From positions 70,392 to 134,391 of the forward strand of contig CAZBNP010000007.1 in assembly GCA_964493505.1 (NCBI GenBank): 64,000 bases of DNA. Reading direction: 5' to 3'. The notes beneath the pieces were generated by a model. It was not told the origin of the DNA, searched no databases, and saw nothing but the letters and a program-made list of their open reading frames with translations. The DNA comes from an uncultured Roseivirgaceae bacterium. GTDB lineage: Bacteria > Bacteroidota > Bacteroidia > Cytophagales > Cyclobacteriaceae. The position numbers were made by a program, and so were the translations under genes. The first letter of the stretch is position 1; every line of letters begins with the position of its first letter. Positions 48,798 through 58,105 of the stretch are shown piece after piece.

Positions 48798-49544
48798 CTA
48801 TAACCTGGCCTCCAGCTCAGTAATCCGGGTCTGAGCTTCAGTTTTGCCCAATGACAAGGCTTTTTTATACAGTTCGAGCGCTTCCCGCAAGGTCTCTTTT
48901 TTCTTGCGCGGAGCAAGCCGCGTGCGTTCGGCCGCAGTCTCAATGGCTTGACCCCGGAGGTAATATGCTTCCGCTTCACCAACCTTCGCCTGTATCATCA
49001 ACTCCTGAACCCGCGCTTCTATGAGCGCAAGCTCCTGTGATCTGGCATCGATCTGCTCTTGTTTATCTGCTATTTCCGCATCCTGCAGGTCTACCGTTAT
49101 AATGAGGTTCTTATTCTCATTCCGGACCCGTTCAACCTCCTCCTGCAGAAATATCACCTCCTTGTTCTTCGCCGCCAGGTCGGCTTTAAGTTTATTAATG
49201 GATCTGGTGAAAGCCTGCGCATTTGCCTTCGAGGTCCTCAGCGATTGTTCCAGGTCACTGATCTTGTCTTGCGTGGTGCGGATATAGTCATTTAACTCCT
49301 CCATGCGGCCACTGTAGTCATCGTAAGGAGTGCCTTCCACGAGGTTGACACGCAGTAACTGCCGGGTTGCATCTATCGAGTCGAGCAGGGTACCAATTTC
49401 CACCAGCGCCCGGGAAGTCTCATGACTTCTGGCCAACTCCGTTTTGAGGGAATCCACCTGGAACTGGAGCGCTTCTTTGTCCCTGGTTTCGCAGGAAGTG
49501 AAAAAGGCCGGTATTAACAAAAAATACAACAGCTTTCTGTACAT
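48798..49544 (-). CDS. Hypothetical coiled-coil lipoprotein with C-terminal TPR-like helices
   Basis: Lipobox FTSC; long heptad region; AEAYYLRGQA...ALELYKKAL. Confidence 0.7.
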   Translation of the reverse strand: MYRKLLYFLLIPAFFTSCETRDKEALQFQVDSLKTELARSHETSRALVEIGTLLDSIDATRQLLRVNLVEGTPYDDYSGRMEELNDYIRTTQDKISDLEQSLRTSKANAQAFTRSINKLKADLAAKNKEVIFLQEEVERVRNENKNLIITVDLQDAEIADKQEQIDARSQELALIEARVQELMIQAKVGEAEAYYLRGQAIETAAERTRLAPRKKKETLREALELYKKALSLGKTEAQTRITELEARL

Positions 49545-49702
49545 AAGCGGATATCGGTTGGGTATATAAACACAAAACTAAAAATTTCTGGAGCTATCCG
49601 TCAGCCGGGCAGACAACTTTTAGCCGTTTGTCGTTCAAATTCCGCGTAGAGCGGTCGGCTATCTTCCCCGGATCTCGATTCGGAAACATTCCGTTACTTT
49701 CT

Positions 49703-49732
49703 TTTGCAGTTATCAAAAGGCCTCTAAATTTG
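49703..49732 (+). promoter_or_regulatory. Bacteroidota promoter for kup
   Basis: TTTG (49703-49706), 18-nt spacer, TAAATTTG (49725-49732). Confidence 0.7.
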
Positions 49733-49769
49733 CTCCTGCCAGAAGGATTTGGAGTAACAGACTTTTCCA

Positions 49770-51734
49770 ATGCCGGAATCCAGTACAAAACACCACCCTA
49801 AACTGTCGGCAGCTGGCATCCTCATCGCCTTTGGAATCATTTATGGCGACATCGGGACATCCCCGATCTATGCGTTCCGGTTTATTATAGGGACACACGT
49901 GATCACCGAAGACCTGATCCTCGGCGGACTGTCATGTGTATTCTGGACGTTGACGATCATCACCAGCTTCAAATACGTGTACCTGGCACTCAGCGCCGAC
50001 AACAAAGGTGAAGGAGGTATCTTCGCATTGTATGCGCTGCTGCGCCGTTACAAATCCGGATGGGTTGTTTACCCCGCGATCATCGGATGTGCCACACTGA
50101 TAGCCGACGGCTTCATAACCCCCGCGATCAGTGTTACGTCTGCAATCGAAGGTCTGCGGATTATTGACCCGGAGATCTCAACCGATACGATCATCGGCAT
50201 CGTGATTGCAATCCTGGTCCTCGTCTTCGTTTTCCAGCAATTCGGCAGCTCGATGGTGGGTCGAACGTTCGGCCCGGCAATGGTGGTGTGGTTTTCTTTT
50301 ATCGGCATCATCGGGTTCTCGCACGTTGTGCTGAACCCGGAAGTAATCAAAGCAATCAATCCTCTTTATGCTATCAACCTGCTCTCACAATACCCTGGTG
50401 GATTCTGGATACTGGGAGCCGTATTTCTGTGTACAACAGGAGCGGAAGCATTGTATTCAGACCTCGGCCACGCCGGCAAAAGCAATATCCGCGTTGGATG
50501 GGGCGTTGTGAAGGTATCTCTCCTGTTTAACTACTTCGGACAGGGCGCCTGGCTGCTTGCGCACGAAGGCGAGATGCTGGGCAACAAACTTCCCTTCTTC
50601 CAGATCATGCCCCAGGATGAAGTATTCCAAATAGCCGGTGTGCTCCTGGCTACGCTGGCAACCATTGTCGCCAGTCAGTCACTTATCTCCGGGACTTTCA
50701 CACTTGTCAACGAAGCTATGAAGCTCAAGCTTTGGCCGGCAACAAGAGTTCGCTATCCAAGTCAGCTGAGGGGTCAGGTCTATATTCCCGCTATCAACTG
50801 GACACTGTTGGCCGGCTGCATCCTCGTAGTGTTTATTTTCCGGGAGTCCGTTCGCATGGAAGGCGCCTATGGGCTCGCGATCACGTTCGATATGCTCATG
50901 ACATCGTCCCTGCTGGTCTTCTACTTCGCGGCATCGAGGAAATCAACCTTTCGGGCAATCATGCTGGGTATCCTGCTGTTTACTGTCGAGGGAGCATTCC
51001 TGGTTTCCAACCTGAGTAAATTCTCACATGGAGGGTGGTTTACGTTCACCATCGCCGGACTCTTTTTCATCATGATGTTCATCCTCGTACACGCGCGCAG
51101 GCTACGAACGCGACATACCGAGTTTGTCGACCTCAAGCACTACGTCGGAATGATACAGGATCTCCAGGCCGACACGACGATTCCAAAAGAATCGACAAAT
51201 CTCGTGTACCTGGCGATGGCTGACAGCAAACGCTATATCGACTCCAACATCATTTACTCGATGTTCAAAAAGCGACCCAAGCGAGCCGATATCTACTGGT
51301 TCGTCCACGTCGAGACGGTAGATACGCCGTTCATGAGCAAATACATCGTCGATACGATAATTCCCAAGAAGTGCTTTTACCTGACAATCAAACTTGGCTT
51401 CAAGACCGATCATCGTGTAAACCTCATCTTCAACAAGATCATCCATGAAATGGCCGACTCCGGAGAGATCGATCTTACCAGTCCCCACCCTGCGCTGCAC
51501 AAATACAGCATGATGGCAGACTTCAAATTCATCATTTTACATTCCTGGGCTTCAACCGACAGCGTGATCTCCAACTTCGACAGGCTGATCATCCAGGGTT
51601 ACCGCATGCTGAAGAAGCACAGCCTGTCAACCGAAGGTTTATACGGGATTGAAGCCGCGAACCTCGAGATAGAGAAAGTACCCATACGGGTGGGTCCCCA
51701 GGCCAGTGTCAACATCAAACGCGAGCGGGAATAA
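49770..51734 (+). CDS. kup: KUP/HAK/KT family potassium transporter
   Basis: GIIYGDIGTSPIYA, ADNKGEGGIFAL, TGAEALYSDLGH, SQSLISG, GAYGLAIT. Confidence 0.96.
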   Translation: MPESSTKHHPKLSAAGILIAFGIIYGDIGTSPIYAFRFIIGTHVITEDLILGGLSCVFWTLTIITSFKYVYLALSADNKGEGGIFALYALLRRYKSGWVVYPAIIGCATLIADGFITPAISVTSAIEGLRIIDPEISTDTIIGIVIAILVLVFVFQQFGSSMVGRTFGPAMVVWFSFIGIIGFSHVVLNPEVIKAINPLYAINLLSQYPGGFWILGAVFLCTTGAEALYSDLGHAGKSNIRVGWGVVKVSLLFNYFGQGAWLLAHEGEMLGNKLPFFQIMPQDEVFQIAGVLLATLATIVASQSLISGTFTLVNEAMKLKLWPATRVRYPSQLRGQVYIPAINWTLLAGCILVVFIFRESVRMEGAYGLAITFDMLMTSSLLVFYFAASRKSTFRAIMLGILLFTVEGAFLVSNLSKFSHGGWFTFTIAGLFFIMMFILVHARRLRTRHTEFVDLKHYVGMIQDLQADTTIPKESTNLVYLAMADSKRYIDSNIIYSMFKKRPKRADIYWFVHVETVDTPFMSKYIVDTIIPKKCFYLTIKLGFKTDHRVNLIFNKIIHEMADSGEIDLTSPHPALHKYSMMADFKFIILHSWASTDSVISNFDRLIIQGYRMLKKHSLSTEGLYGIEAANLEIEKVPIRVGPQASVNIKRERE

Positions 51735-51745
51735 ATATCACCACG

Positions 51746-52855
51746 CTAGCCCTTCTCCAGCGCAGCGAATACGCGCGACGCGCCTTCAACAACGATCTCC
51801 CTATCCTTAAAAGCGTTGTGATTCCGGATCTCAACCCAGCCGTCCATCGCAACGCCGGTATCGATATCATCAACACGATAGCCGCCATCGCTCTTCCATA
51901 CCACAAACGACTTTCCATTGCGTGTAACTACTGCTGTTTCCGGAAGGGCATAGAGACTGTCACGTGAAAGCACAATCTCCGCCTCGACAAACATACCAGG
52001 CCTGAACATATCGTTGTTGTCTTCAATATGACCGTGCACATCAAATGTCCTCATATCCTCACTACCCTGCGGACTGATCAGCGAGATTTCGCCCAGGAAC
52101 GTCTCACCACCACCGCCCGCCAGACGAAAGCGAATTAACTGACCCTTGCGCACCTTTGCCACATCCGTCTCGAACACATTCAGGTGTAAGTGCAGATCGC
52201 TAAGGTCGACGATGTGAAACGAAACTTCTCTCGGTTCGACGAATTGTCCCCGGTGGTGATTAACCGCCGTCACAAATCCGGTAATCGGCGCACGCAGCGC
52301 GACATCCGGCTGAATGTGTCCTTCCTCAAGGCTACGCATATCCACGCCGATCATCCGGAGCCGTTCCTTCAAACCCGCCAGTCTCGCTTTCAATACATCA
52401 TACGATGACTCGCTCTCCTGGAATTTTTTCTGAGCTGCTGCATTCTGCTCGACCAGCGATCGCTGGCGCTCAAACTCCTTCGAGGCAAATCGCAGCTGCC
52501 CCAGCGTCTCCAGGTAGCCTTGTTGCAGGGATATGTATTCAGGGTTGTTCAGCCGCGCCAGGATCGCGCCCTTTTTCACATATTCTCCGGGTACGATGTT
52601 GGCATCGAGAATATATCCGCCTAGCGGTGCCGTAACAGACGCCTGGCTCTGCGGCGGCACTTCTACTTCACCGGTACACGACACAACCGGTGAAACCAGT
52701 CTGTATTCAATCCGCCCGGTGCGGATGCCGGCAAGCTGTCGCTGATCCGCTGTCATCACATCTCCCGGCGACACAACGGAATCATCTTCACGCCCGCCTG
52801 AACAGGCAGCGAGGAAGAAAGACACGATACAAAACAATTTATTATAGGTTCGCAT
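51746..52855 (-). CDS. Heavy-metal RND efflux periplasmic adaptor (CzcB/CusB-like), lipoprotein
   Basis: Lipobox LAAC; APLGGY lipoyl motif, HLHLNVFE; ATG 52855 lies 4 nt after the upstream stop. Confidence 0.88.
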   Translation of the reverse strand: MRTYNKLFCIVSFFLAACSGGREDDSVVSPGDVMTADQRQLAGIRTGRIEYRLVSPVVSCTGEVEVPPQSQASVTAPLGGYILDANIVPGEYVKKGAILARLNNPEYISLQQGYLETLGQLRFASKEFERQRSLVEQNAAAQKKFQESESSYDVLKARLAGLKERLRMIGVDMRSLEEGHIQPDVALRAPITGFVTAVNHHRGQFVEPREVSFHIVDLSDLHLHLNVFETDVAKVRKGQLIRFRLAGGGGETFLGEISLISPQGSEDMRTFDVHGHIEDNNDMFRPGMFVEAEIVLSRDSLYALPETAVVTRNGKSFVVWKSDGGYRVDDIDTGVAMDGWVEIRNHNAFKDREIVVEGASRVFAALEKG

Positions 52856-52859
52856 ACTA

Positions 52860-55800
52860 TTATTCACTTTGTAAGTATTCTAGTTGAATGACTGATTGAT
52901 TGTATTTATAGACAGCCTCGAGGAAACCCAGGCGCATTTCTGTATAGCGTTCGATACTCCGGAGGTACTGGAAGAAATCGATCTCACCGGCTTCGATCTG
53001 GCGGACCGCCGTTTGCTGGATGAAGGCTGCCTGATCAAGTCCTTCATCCCGGTAATAGCCGAGCAGTCGCTGATACTTCCGATAATCTGAGGTTGCCCTT
53101 CTTCGGGCATTGTGCAAACCGCGCGCTCCCAATTCAAGCTGCTGCTCCGCCTGCATAGCTCCGATCTTCGCTCTTTGAATATCCGATTGTCGTGGAGAAA
53201 ACCAGAGAGGAACGGCCACTCCCACGGCAAATCCCCGGAGCCCTCTGAAGCGAACGTCGGCTTCTGTAATGTTCTGACGAAAATACCCTAACCGGATTTC
53301 AGGAAACAGAAGAGCCTTCTCAAGCCGGGTTTGCATCTCACTTGCTTCAAGCTGCTTCTCCAATACCCTGATGGCCGGGTGATCGACGGTCGCCGTGTCC
53401 GCTATCGTGACAAGTGTCAGCAGCGTATCCAGTGCGGGGACAATGGCCTCGTCAGTCGAAAGCAGTAACTGTAGGTCGGCCATTGCCTGCACCAGGTTCT
53501 CAGACTGCATCAGGTGGTTGTTGCGCAACTCATGCAGACTACTTTCGATGAGTTTCTTCTCCAGCAAGCTGCGTTCACCCACCCTATATTGAAGGTCTAT
53601 ACGTTTCTCAAAATCGGCGTATTGCAACAATTGAGAACCCAACTCTTTTACTACCTGTCGGTAGTACATCCAGGTATGCCACGCATTACGCACTTCAAGC
53701 ACGAGGTCTCGTTGGTTCAACGCATCTCTTTCTTCCGCCAGCTGCACGTGATGCCTATTGATCCGTGCGCGCTGAACGTGTGCAGGAACACTCCCCAGGC
53801 TTTGCGTCACATCCAGCGAAGGATCGTGCTGATCGCTGTTGAGTTGTCCGTAGCGCAGGTCAATATCCGTCATCGGCAATTGTATCGCACTCTTCCGTTG
53901 AACCTTTTGTCGCTCGATCTCAAGCGAGGATATTCTCATACGAGGATTCGTTTCGACAGCAATCCCGACTGCTTCCTCTTCCGTCAGGACTCGCGAGGGT
54001 CGCTCCTGCGAAAAACCCGGAATACTGCATAGAAGCAAAAGTACGATCGTCAGTGACGGTCTGATTCGCCGCCGCGTGTTCCGCTCACGGTATTCTTCCA
54101 TCGACTTATAGAGCACGGGGAGCACGACCAACGTCAGCAGCGTAGCGCTTACCAGTCCGCCGATCACAACGGTAGCCAGTGGCCGCTGCACTTCCGCACC
54201 CGCTGTATTCGAGAGCGCCATGGGGAGAAACCCCAGCGCAGCAACCGAAGCTGTCATGACAACCGGACGCAGTCTGGTCATCCCCCCTCTGATGACGACA
54301 TCTTTGAGACCACCGTGTACCTGGGCTTTCAACTCGTTGAAATAGCTGATAAGCACAATACCATTCAGCACCGCCACACCAAACAACGCGATAAAACCAA
54401 CACCGGCGGAAATACTGAACGGCAAATCCCGAAGCCACAAAGCAAAGACTCCTCCTATTGCCGAAAGGGGGACAGCGGCAAAAATAAGAAAGGCATACCG
54501 GAACGATCCGAATGCGAAATAGAGCAGGATCACGATGAGCATCAACACGATCGGAATAGTGACCATGAAACGTTGCTTAGCTTTCTTAAGATTTTCGAAG
54601 TCGCCTCCATACGTTATATGGTATCCGGGAGGAAGGTCAAGCTTGTCGCCGAGCGCGATCTGCACCTCGTTTACCAGGCTTTCAATATCTCTTCCCCGCA
54701 CGTTTATCCCGAGCGTAATGCGTCGGCGTGCGTTTTCACGTGAGATTTGCGCGGGGCCGACCGATTCCGTTACCGAGACCAGTTCGGCTATGGGCACGAG
54801 TTGTCCGTAGCTGTCTTTTACAAAGAGGCCGTTCAGGTTGAACTTCGATCGTTGCTGTTTATTCAACCGCACCACCAGATCAAACTTTCTCTCTCCTTCA
54901 AACACAACTCCAGTGTGTTCTCCGGCAAACGCCGCGCGAATAACCGTGTTCAATGCCTCTACTGATATACCGCGCTGAGCCAGGCGCGGGCGATGATACC
55001 TGACCAGCAACTGTGGCAACCCCTCTGTCTGTTCAACGACAACATCCGCCGCACCGGGAATGTCAGCTACAATGTCTGCCGCGATAACTGCCTGGTTGTG
55101 CAGGACATCGAGATCCTCTCCATATATCCGAACCGCCACATCAGTTTTCGACCCCGTCATCAACTCGTTAAACCTCAGTTGTATCGGTTGTGTAAAATCG
55201 AATGAGGCGCCGATGATCGCCGAAAGTTTCTCCTCCATCTTGTCCACGAGCTCTTCACGCGTTTCCGCTGACGTCCACTCGCTCTTCTCCTTCATCACAA
55301 TCATAATGTCTGCGAGTTCAAAAGGCATCGGATCGGTGGGAACCTCAGCCGTACCGATCTTGGAAACCACCTGCCGGACTTCGGGAAAATTTTCAAGCAG
55401 AATGCGTTCGGCTTGTGTAGCGGTTCGCATACTTTCATCGAGCGATGTGCCAGCCGGCAACGTCATTTGCATGGCAATATCGCCTTCCTCCAGTTGGGGA
55501 ATAAATACGCCTCCCAGGCGCGTGAAGACAAAAATACTTACCACGAAAAGAAGAGCGGATACCCCTACCGTAATCCGAGGATAAGCAAGAGCGCCGCGCA
55601 GGCAAGGTTCGTAAACACGTCGTAGAGCGCCGACAATGCGATCGGAAAAATTCTTTTTCAGACTGATCGTCCGGCCGAGCAAAAGCGCGGAGAGGGCAGG
55701 CACGTAGGTAACCGATAGGATAAGGGCACCGAGTATCGCAAAGCTTACCGTCTGCGCCATCGGGCGAAACATCTTGCCTTCAATGCCTGTCAGTGTCATG

Positions 55801-57182
55801 ACAGGAATGAATACCACGATGATAATGAGCACACCAAACGCTGCAGTCCTGTAGATCGAAGAAGCAGACCGGACTACTACAGCATCCATCTCCGCCCGAC
55901 TAAGTGTTTTACCTGCATGATAGACCACGAACGCATGTAACACGCCTTCCACAATGATAACCGCGCCGTCTACTACGATCCCAAAATCGAGCGCTCCCAG
56001 CGACATAAGATTCGCCGAGACCCCAAAGAGATGCATCATGATAAAAGCAAAAAACAGAGACAGAGGGATAACGGAGGCAACTATGAGCCCCGCCCGCCAG
56101 TTGCCGAGCAAAAGTATCAGCACCACTATCACGATCAGCCCACCTTCCAGCAGATTGGTCATGATCGTCCGGGTGGTTCTACCGACAAGTTCAGACCGGT
56201 CGAGATAGGGTACAATACTGACACCCTTGGGCAATGATGCCTGAATCTCTTCTACCCGGCGATGGATATTGTCAAGTGTCTGCGAAGAGTTTGCGTTTTT
56301 GAGCATGAGCGTAATACCTCCGACCGCCTCTCCCTCGCCATTTTTTGTCATCGCACCATACCGCGGCGCATGGCCGTTTTCAATCGTCGCTACCTGCCTG
56401 AGCAAAACCGGCGTCCCCTCCTGCCGCACCACGATATTTCCGATGTCCTCCAAGTCCGCGACAACGCCTTCCGCACGTATATAGATAGCGTTGGGACCGC
56501 GATCCAGGTAGCTTCCACCGGTGTTCTGGTTGTTCGCCTTGAGTGCCGCAACCACGTCTGGAATAGTGAGACCAACGCTTCGGAGCCGCATGGGGTCAAT
56601 CGTAACCTGAATCTGTTTCAGGTATCCGCCAAAACTGCTAACCTCCACCACACCTTCAATGCCGGACAATTGGCGCTTTACGATCCAGTCCTGAATCGTG
56701 CGCAGTTCCATGGCGTCATACTCATGTTCAAATCCATCGTCTACAGCCAGCGTATATTGATAGATCTCGCCGAGTCCTGTAGTGATAGGCATCAGTCCAG
56801 GATGCCCCATCCCTTCGGGAATATCCTCAGCGGCGATAGCGATCTGTTCGCTTACAAACTGCCGTGTGTCGGATATTGAAATGTCGTCTTCGAAGACAAT
56901 TGTGACAACTGAAAGTCCGTAGCGGGAAACTGACCGCAATTCAATAACACCCGGGAGGTTAGCCATGGAAACCTCAATCGGATAGGTGATGAATCGCTCT
57001 ACTTCCTCCGCGCTTAGCGAAGGCGAGGTAGTGACAACCTGTACCTGATTGTTCGTGAGATCCGGTACCGCGTCTATCGGGATTTCATTCATAGCGAAGA
57101 TCCCCCCGCCGATAATGGCAAGCGTGAAGATGGCAACTACGAACTTGTTGTGAACCGAAAATGATATTACTCGTTCAAACAT
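52860..57182 (-). CDS. CusA/CzcA family heavy-metal RND transporter fused to a C-terminal TolC-like outer membrane factor domain
   Basis: IDAVPDLTNNQVQV, SLGALDFGIVVDG, RLRPVVMTA, AEVQRPLATVVIGG; about 400 extra C-terminal residues with an OEP pattern. Confidence 0.94.
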   Translation of the reverse strand: MFERVISFSVHNKFVVAIFTLAIIGGGIFAMNEIPIDAVPDLTNNQVQVVTTSPSLSAEEVERFITYPIEVSMANLPGVIELRSVSRYGLSVVTIVFEDDISISDTRQFVSEQIAIAAEDIPEGMGHPGLMPITTGLGEIYQYTLAVDDGFEHEYDAMELRTIQDWIVKRQLSGIEGVVEVSSFGGYLKQIQVTIDPMRLRSVGLTIPDVVAALKANNQNTGGSYLDRGPNAIYIRAEGVVADLEDIGNIVVRQEGTPVLLRQVATIENGHAPRYGAMTKNGEGEAVGGITLMLKNANSSQTLDNIHRRVEEIQASLPKGVSIVPYLDRSELVGRTTRTIMTNLLEGGLIVIVVLILLLGNWRAGLIVASVIPLSLFFAFIMMHLFGVSANLMSLGALDFGIVVDGAVIIVEGVLHAFVVYHAGKTLSRAEMDAVVVRSASSIYRTAAFGVLIIIVVFIPVMTLTGIEGKMFRPMAQTVSFAILGALILSVTYVPALSALLLGRTISLKKNFSDRIVGALRRVYEPCLRGALAYPRITVGVSALLFVVSIFVFTRLGGVFIPQLEEGDIAMQMTLPAGTSLDESMRTATQAERILLENFPEVRQVVSKIGTAEVPTDPMPFELADIMIVMKEKSEWTSAETREELVDKMEEKLSAIIGASFDFTQPIQLRFNELMTGSKTDVAVRIYGEDLDVLHNQAVIAADIVADIPGAADVVVEQTEGLPQLLVRYHRPRLAQRGISVEALNTVIRAAFAGEHTGVVFEGERKFDLVVRLNKQQRSKFNLNGLFVKDSYGQLVPIAELVSVTESVGPAQISRENARRRITLGINVRGRDIESLVNEVQIALGDKLDLPPGYHITYGGDFENLKKAKQRFMVTIPIVLMLIVILLYFAFGSFRYAFLIFAAVPLSAIGGVFALWLRDLPFSISAGVGFIALFGVAVLNGIVLISYFNELKAQVHGGLKDVVIRGGMTRLRPVVMTASVAALGFLPMALSNTAGAEVQRPLATVVIGGLVSATLLTLVVLPVLYKSMEEYRERNTRRRIRPSLTIVLLLLCSIPGFSQERPSRVLTEEEAVGIAVETNPRMRISSLEIERQKVQRKSAIQLPMTDIDLRYGQLNSDQHDPSLDVTQSLGSVPAHVQRARINRHHVQLAEERDALNQRDLVLEVRNAWHTWMYYRQVVKELGSQLLQYADFEKRIDLQYRVGERSLLEKKLIESSLHELRNNHLMQSENLVQAMADLQLLLSTDEAIVPALDTLLTLVTIADTATVDHPAIRVLEKQLEASEMQTRLEKALLFPEIRLGYFRQNITEADVRFRGLRGFAVGVAVPLWFSPRQSDIQRAKIGAMQAEQQLELGARGLHNARRRATSDYRKYQRLLGYYRDEGLDQAAFIQQTAVRQIEAGEIDFFQYLRSIERYTEMRLGFLEAVYKYNQSVIQLEYLQSE

Positions 57183-57300
57183 ATTGATTGATCATGATAT
57201 GGAAATGGAGTCGACCCCCTGTCAGGCGGTAGCTGCCATCCGTTCAGAATAATGGATTGATTGGGGTGCTATGCACACCACAGAAGAAAAGATAAACAGT

Positions 57301-57696
57301 CTACCCGACGGGGGGACCGCGGAAGGAGGTAGTGGAGGATAACGCTTGGTGCCGGGTCAATCCCGCGATACCCCCGTCGATAAACTCGGCGTGTACACCG
57401 GTCGCTGAAGCGGCAGTAATGGTAAATGTTAATGGGGGGAGATGCGCAATAAACCGGGATGAGAACTCAATCTCGGTATCGGCGTTCCTCTTGAAAATTT
57501 CAAGATGTCCCGTACCCAGGTCAGTGGAGAGTACCCTTAGTAAGAGATTGCTGTCTTCGAGGGAGAAAACACAATTATTGTGAACCAGGACGGCCTGCTC
57601 GTGGCTGACCTGCGCATGATGGTGGGGCACCACAGTATGCAGCATCGCAATGCCGTACGCCAGAAGGATCAATATGAACCGGCCCCAGGATTTCAT
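57301..57696 (-). CDS. His-rich upstream ORF with N-terminal hydrophobic segment and C-terminal RGPP (DUF2946/CruR-like architecture)
   Basis: ATG 57696: MKSWGRFILILLAYGIAMLHTVVPHHH...DLGTGHLE...SFRGPPVG*; 131 aa; 118 nt upstream of the czcA-like start. Confidence 0.78.
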   Translation of the reverse strand: MKSWGRFILILLAYGIAMLHTVVPHHHAQVSHEQAVLVHNNCVFSLEDSNLLLRVLSTDLGTGHLEIFKRNADTEIEFSSRFIAHLPPLTFTITAASATGVHAEFIDGGIAGLTRHQALSSTTSFRGPPVG

Positions 57697-57701
57697 TCCC
57701 C

Positions 57702-57734
57702 CAAAGATACAGCGAATGGCGGATAACATCCAAA
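57702..57734 (-). promoter_or_regulatory. Bacteroidota promoter for the uORF-czc transcript (probably leaderless)
   Basis: Minus strand TTTG (57731-57734), 21-nt spacer, TATCTTTG (57702-57709); ATG follows after 5 nt. Confidence 0.7.
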
Positions 57735-57891
57735 TAGCCGGTGTCTGTAGATTTGAATCTACAACCGGTACTGCAAACGGCTTCTTTTGAGGGTGGTATA
57801 AAGATTTCCGTAGATAAGGCCGGGCATATAAGCACCGCCGGTAATCGGGAAACCGGAAATTTTCCCGCATTATAAATTAAACTACTGAATT

Positions 57892-58059
57892 ATGTTACGT
57901 TGGTCAATTACATTCTTTGTCATCGCCATCATAGCTGCGATCTTCGGCTTCGGTGGTATCGCGGCAGGTGCGGCATCAATCGCGAAAGTGTTGTTCTTCA
58001 TTTTTCTGGCGCTCTTCATTATCACCATACTGTTTGGCGCCAGTCTTTTCAAAAAATGA
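57892..58059 (+). CDS. DUF1328 (UPF0391/YtjA-like) small membrane protein, below the ORF-track length cutoff
   Basis: [55 protein letters not shown]. Confidence 0.92.
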   Translation: MLRWSITFFVIAIIAAIFGFGGIAAGAASIAKVLFFIFLALFIITILFGASLFKK

Positions 58060-58105
58060 TCAAAGCCCCTGCGTCACAACCGGAACAGGTTGTGGCGTGG
58101 GGACC

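Noticed and set aside
57697-57870. 58-residue N-terminal extension of the uORF in the ORF track
   Set aside because: A consensus promoter lies inside it (57702-57734) and the signal-like segment begins at ATG 57696.
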